A stretch of DNA of 64,000 bases, from contig LSRY02000032.1 in the NCBI GenBank assembly GCA_001643675.2, positions 992,001 to 1,056,000 on the forward strand, given 5' to 3'. The position numbers and the translations under genes are program-made. Position 1 is the stretch's first letter. The number at the start of each line of letters is the position of its first letter. This document shows, piece after piece, positions 60,701 to 64,000 of the stretch. The notes beneath the pieces were generated by a model that was not told the origin of the DNA, did not search any database, and was given only the letters and a program-made list of their open reading frames with translations. The DNA is from Monocercomonoides exilis PA203. Taxonomy: Eukaryota; Protista; Preaxostyla.

Positions 60701-63700
60701 TGTTGTTCTCAAATTCCAAATTCACGAATCTCACTTCGCTTGACTCTCCTCTGCATTCCAAGCACACAAACCCACCTCGCCCCATGCTTTCTGTCTCGCA
60801 CTCGCATTTGTGGCACAGCGTCTGCACTCCTTGCATTGCAACAGAGCCTGATTCTGTTAATGCCACACGGATCGCTCCTCCAGCCACACTCGATGAAGAT
60901 CTCACTTCATTAAACACGCAATCTTCCAAGATAATCTGCCTTTCAGTCTCCGTCGAGGCTAAGCACCCTTCATCTGTGCTTGCAAGTGATATTCCTTCAA
61001 ATTTGGTTTTGTTTTGAAGAAAGCGTGGAGCGTTGTTATCGTTTTTGCACTTCTCGCTTGTCAATGACTCATCTTCTGCAAAAGCAAACAGTGGACCATT
61101 TGACAACGTTATCTCTTTGAACCAAACCCCATCCATTTCTGCTTCGCTGCTCTCACTAAACTCAAATGGGCTGACACAAAATGAAACACCAGAGATTGAG
61201 CATCTGTCCATTTTCATCTTCCCTCCAACAATTTGCACAAATGTGTATCCAACGGCTGATGCAGACTGGGATTTCAAGGAGCAATCTATCAAAGAAACTG
61301 ATGAGTTGTCTGCATCACCAGATTTGATCAACCGTCCAACAGGGATCGAGTAATGTGGCTGGATCACAAAGTTCACTCTTTCAAACAACACATCTTCTCT
61401 GTTCAGCAGCACCCAATCACATCCTTCCATCTGCGGCGAAGCGATCTCCTTAAACACCAACTCACACAATGAGTCAGCAGCTTTCGAAACAACTGACATC
61501 CCCGATAAGTCAAAACGGTCCTGAATGATTGTTTCTCTGTCGATTCTTATTTCTTTCACTTCGGCTGCATCATGCGCGATATTTGCATATCCCCTCCAGA
61601 ATGACTCACACGGGAGCAATTCATCTCCACATCCCAAAACATCAGTCCCTTCAGCAGACACTTCGATGCACAGCGAATGGCGCTCCTCCAGAAAATACGC
61701 CAGATTCACACCTTCAGAAAATAAAATGTCATCAACTCCGTAAATGTCAATATCATTCCTTGTCTCATCTCCATCTTCGTTCTTTATTCCAAATATTCTG
61801 GTGCGTGATATTGTTCTGTTCAGCTCGTGGCATTTGATGAACACATCACGTCCCATCAATGCTTTGTTCCCACTCACGCAAACATCGCTTATTGCAAAGT
61901 CCTTTGGACAGTCTTCTCCTTCAAGCTCGATATATATCCCTCCTCCCTTCCCGATTGTTTCATCAACTGCGCACTCCTTCATCGTTGTGTTCTCAACCTC
62001 CAATTTCCCATTCTCCTTCACACGGAAATACATTCCTCCTCCGTCTCCATCTGCTCTCTTGCAAGAACAAATATTGCAGCTCTCGTTCAGTGTCATTTCA
62101 TCCATGCCAGCACCCTTGATCCCACATCCATCTGCAAAGACACAATTCGAGATACTTATTCCTCTCAGCGCAACACATCCCTTTTCTGCTGTTATCAGTC
62201 CATATCCACTCAATGAGGTTGAACAGAAGTCGTGAATCCCCACATTATCCATCTCAAGACTGTTTCCTCCAAACATCACAACAACCATTTCTGTTTCTGG
62301 AGCTTGTGCATTTCCAAATGCTTCTTCTTCTCCACACTTAAATTCGACAAAGTTCGCAACACACTTTCCAACAGAAACTGTTATAAATGCCTGATGATCG
62401 CTTTCGCATGGCAGTGTTACCACCAAGGAGCACATCTCGAGGCTCGTCGATTCGTCTCCTGTTGTCTGTTCCACACACCCACACCTTGTCACAACAACAT
62501 TTCCTTTGACTCCGTTATTTCCTGCAATTCTCAACTCTTTCCCGCCTCGATTCACTCTTCCGTCCAGTGGAGCAGTGTCCTTTATGATCAACGCAGTCTG
62601 ATCGTCTCTCATCATATCCATTCCAAACTTCACTTCATTGCACGGAACATCAATCCACCCACAACGCTCATATTTTCTTCCCTTTCCATCGACAGACAGC
62701 CGTGTCTGTTCGAGCGGAGGCCTGAACACGAAATGAATCAGAGATGTCAACAACTCCATTCCTTCTGTTTTATCCTCCACCAACATTCGATCCTCGCCAA
62801 TGTCTCTGAAAACTGTGTCTGTCCATGCTGATGGTTCCAGCATCTTCTCTGGCTCAGCTGTCACGATGTAAATATCCTTTCCGTGTTTCCCTTTATTGCC
62901 TGAAAATGTGTTGTTTTTCACTGAATATGATGTGCTTAGGCATGACAACTCCAGAAACATCCCTCCTCCACATCCATTTTGTTCATCCACGCTGCATTCA
63001 CTCACTGTGCACGAGTTTATTTTCAGCACTCCTCCATTCTCGACTTTCACACACAATCCTCCTCCTTTTCCATTCAAGTCATTGCACTTGCATCTCTTGA
63101 TTGTGCTATTGTCGAGCTCAACAGTCTTGGCTTCTGCAACTGAGCAGCTCAAAATGCTTCCACACACATTGCAACGGGTCACATCGCAGAATGTTGAATT
63201 GATGCCTTTGAAGATATCTCCCAGACTCACAAGTGGAACATTGTCCATCATAAATCCAGACACTTCGCAAGTGTGCAATGTGACTGTTCCTTCAGCAGCC
63301 CAGATATTTGGATGCTGAAAGACGATATCTGGCGAGTCTTTGCATCCTGTGAGACAGCATTTGTGGAGCTCAAGTGTGCCTCCGGCATCTGAAATGCAAA
63401 ACAAGCACGACTCCTTCTCGCTGTTGTCTGGCTTTCCATGGGCAAACATCAGATCCGACAAACTCAAAACTCCAGAACTTATCATGAAAAGTCCTTTCTC
63501 TTCTGCTTCCAGCTTTGCAATTATCTCAGATGCCCCGCTTCCCTTTCCCTTCCCTGTGATCTCAAATCCATCAATTTTGATCTGCTTCGAAACAAAAACC
63601 CCTTCATTAATCTCCATCTCAATGTGCTCTTCACTTGCTCTTTCCACTCCTTTTCCAACAGTCAGGCAGTTCAACGAGTCATTCTCACTTCTTCCACATC

Positions 63701-64000
63701 CGCTCCAATCAATGCCATTCGGAGTCACAACAATCACATCCAACACTCCAACAGGATCTGGGAGCAAATGGGATATGTTTTCTGAAATATCCCATTCATA
63801 CACAATTCGTTTTTGGTTGCTGATGGAATATGAATTGACAATAACAAGTTTCAATTTATCCCTCTGAGCATTGCTAACAAAAATGTCATTTCCATGTTGA
63901 ACTGCTGAATTGTAATAAAAAAAGCAACTGATTATTGTTGTTGTATATTTTACAGTTTGAGTGTGATCAAAAAGGACTGCTCCTGCGTTTGTCAAAGCTT
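56449..64000 (-). CDS. Second giant receptor-like pseudokinase paralog (5' end beyond the window; 1-bp frameshift near the C-terminus)
   Basis: Open frame from the window end to 56667. Same architecture as 43788-51734, with five Cys modules visible and TM helix SWALIVIVLFVILFLIVLIVSIIFIVRWRK. The cytoplasmic part is identical to the + copy until an A5 to A4 change at ~56682-56685 shifts the frame. The remaining C-terminus lies in ORF 56449-56670. Confidence 0.85.

Overview
This is an AT-rich, intron-rich eukaryotic window read with the standard genetic code (TAA and TGA both act as stops). The gene families resemble those of an oxymonad such as Monocercomonoides; that is my inference and is not proven by the sequence. 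From left to right it contains: the 5' end of a signal-peptide protein; gamma-COP; a five-exon Tctex-1 dynein light chain missed by the ORF track; a transposon cluster (a 3.3-kb hAT-like element with 17-bp TIRs and an 8-bp TSD carrying a pseudogene, a 397-bp Tc1/mariner-type MITE and degenerate fold-back elements); an ARM-like hypothetical gene; CCDC22; Nup93/Nic96; a bacterial-type oligoendopeptidase F; a ~5,300-aa type I polyketide/fatty-acid megasynthase head-to-head with it; RNF113/Cwc24; and two convergent giant receptor-like pseudokinase genes. Two observations stand out. (1) The megasynthase (FAAL-ACP-KS-AT-KR-ACP-KS-AT-DH-ER-KR-ACP-TE) looks complete and is nearly intronless. By collinearity it should make 5-hydroxy fatty acids or delta-lactones, and its two AT cores are identical at the DNA level. 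(2) A 7.4-kb palindrome joins two different beta-helix ectodomains to one identical TM-end, cytoplasmic domain and 3' region.
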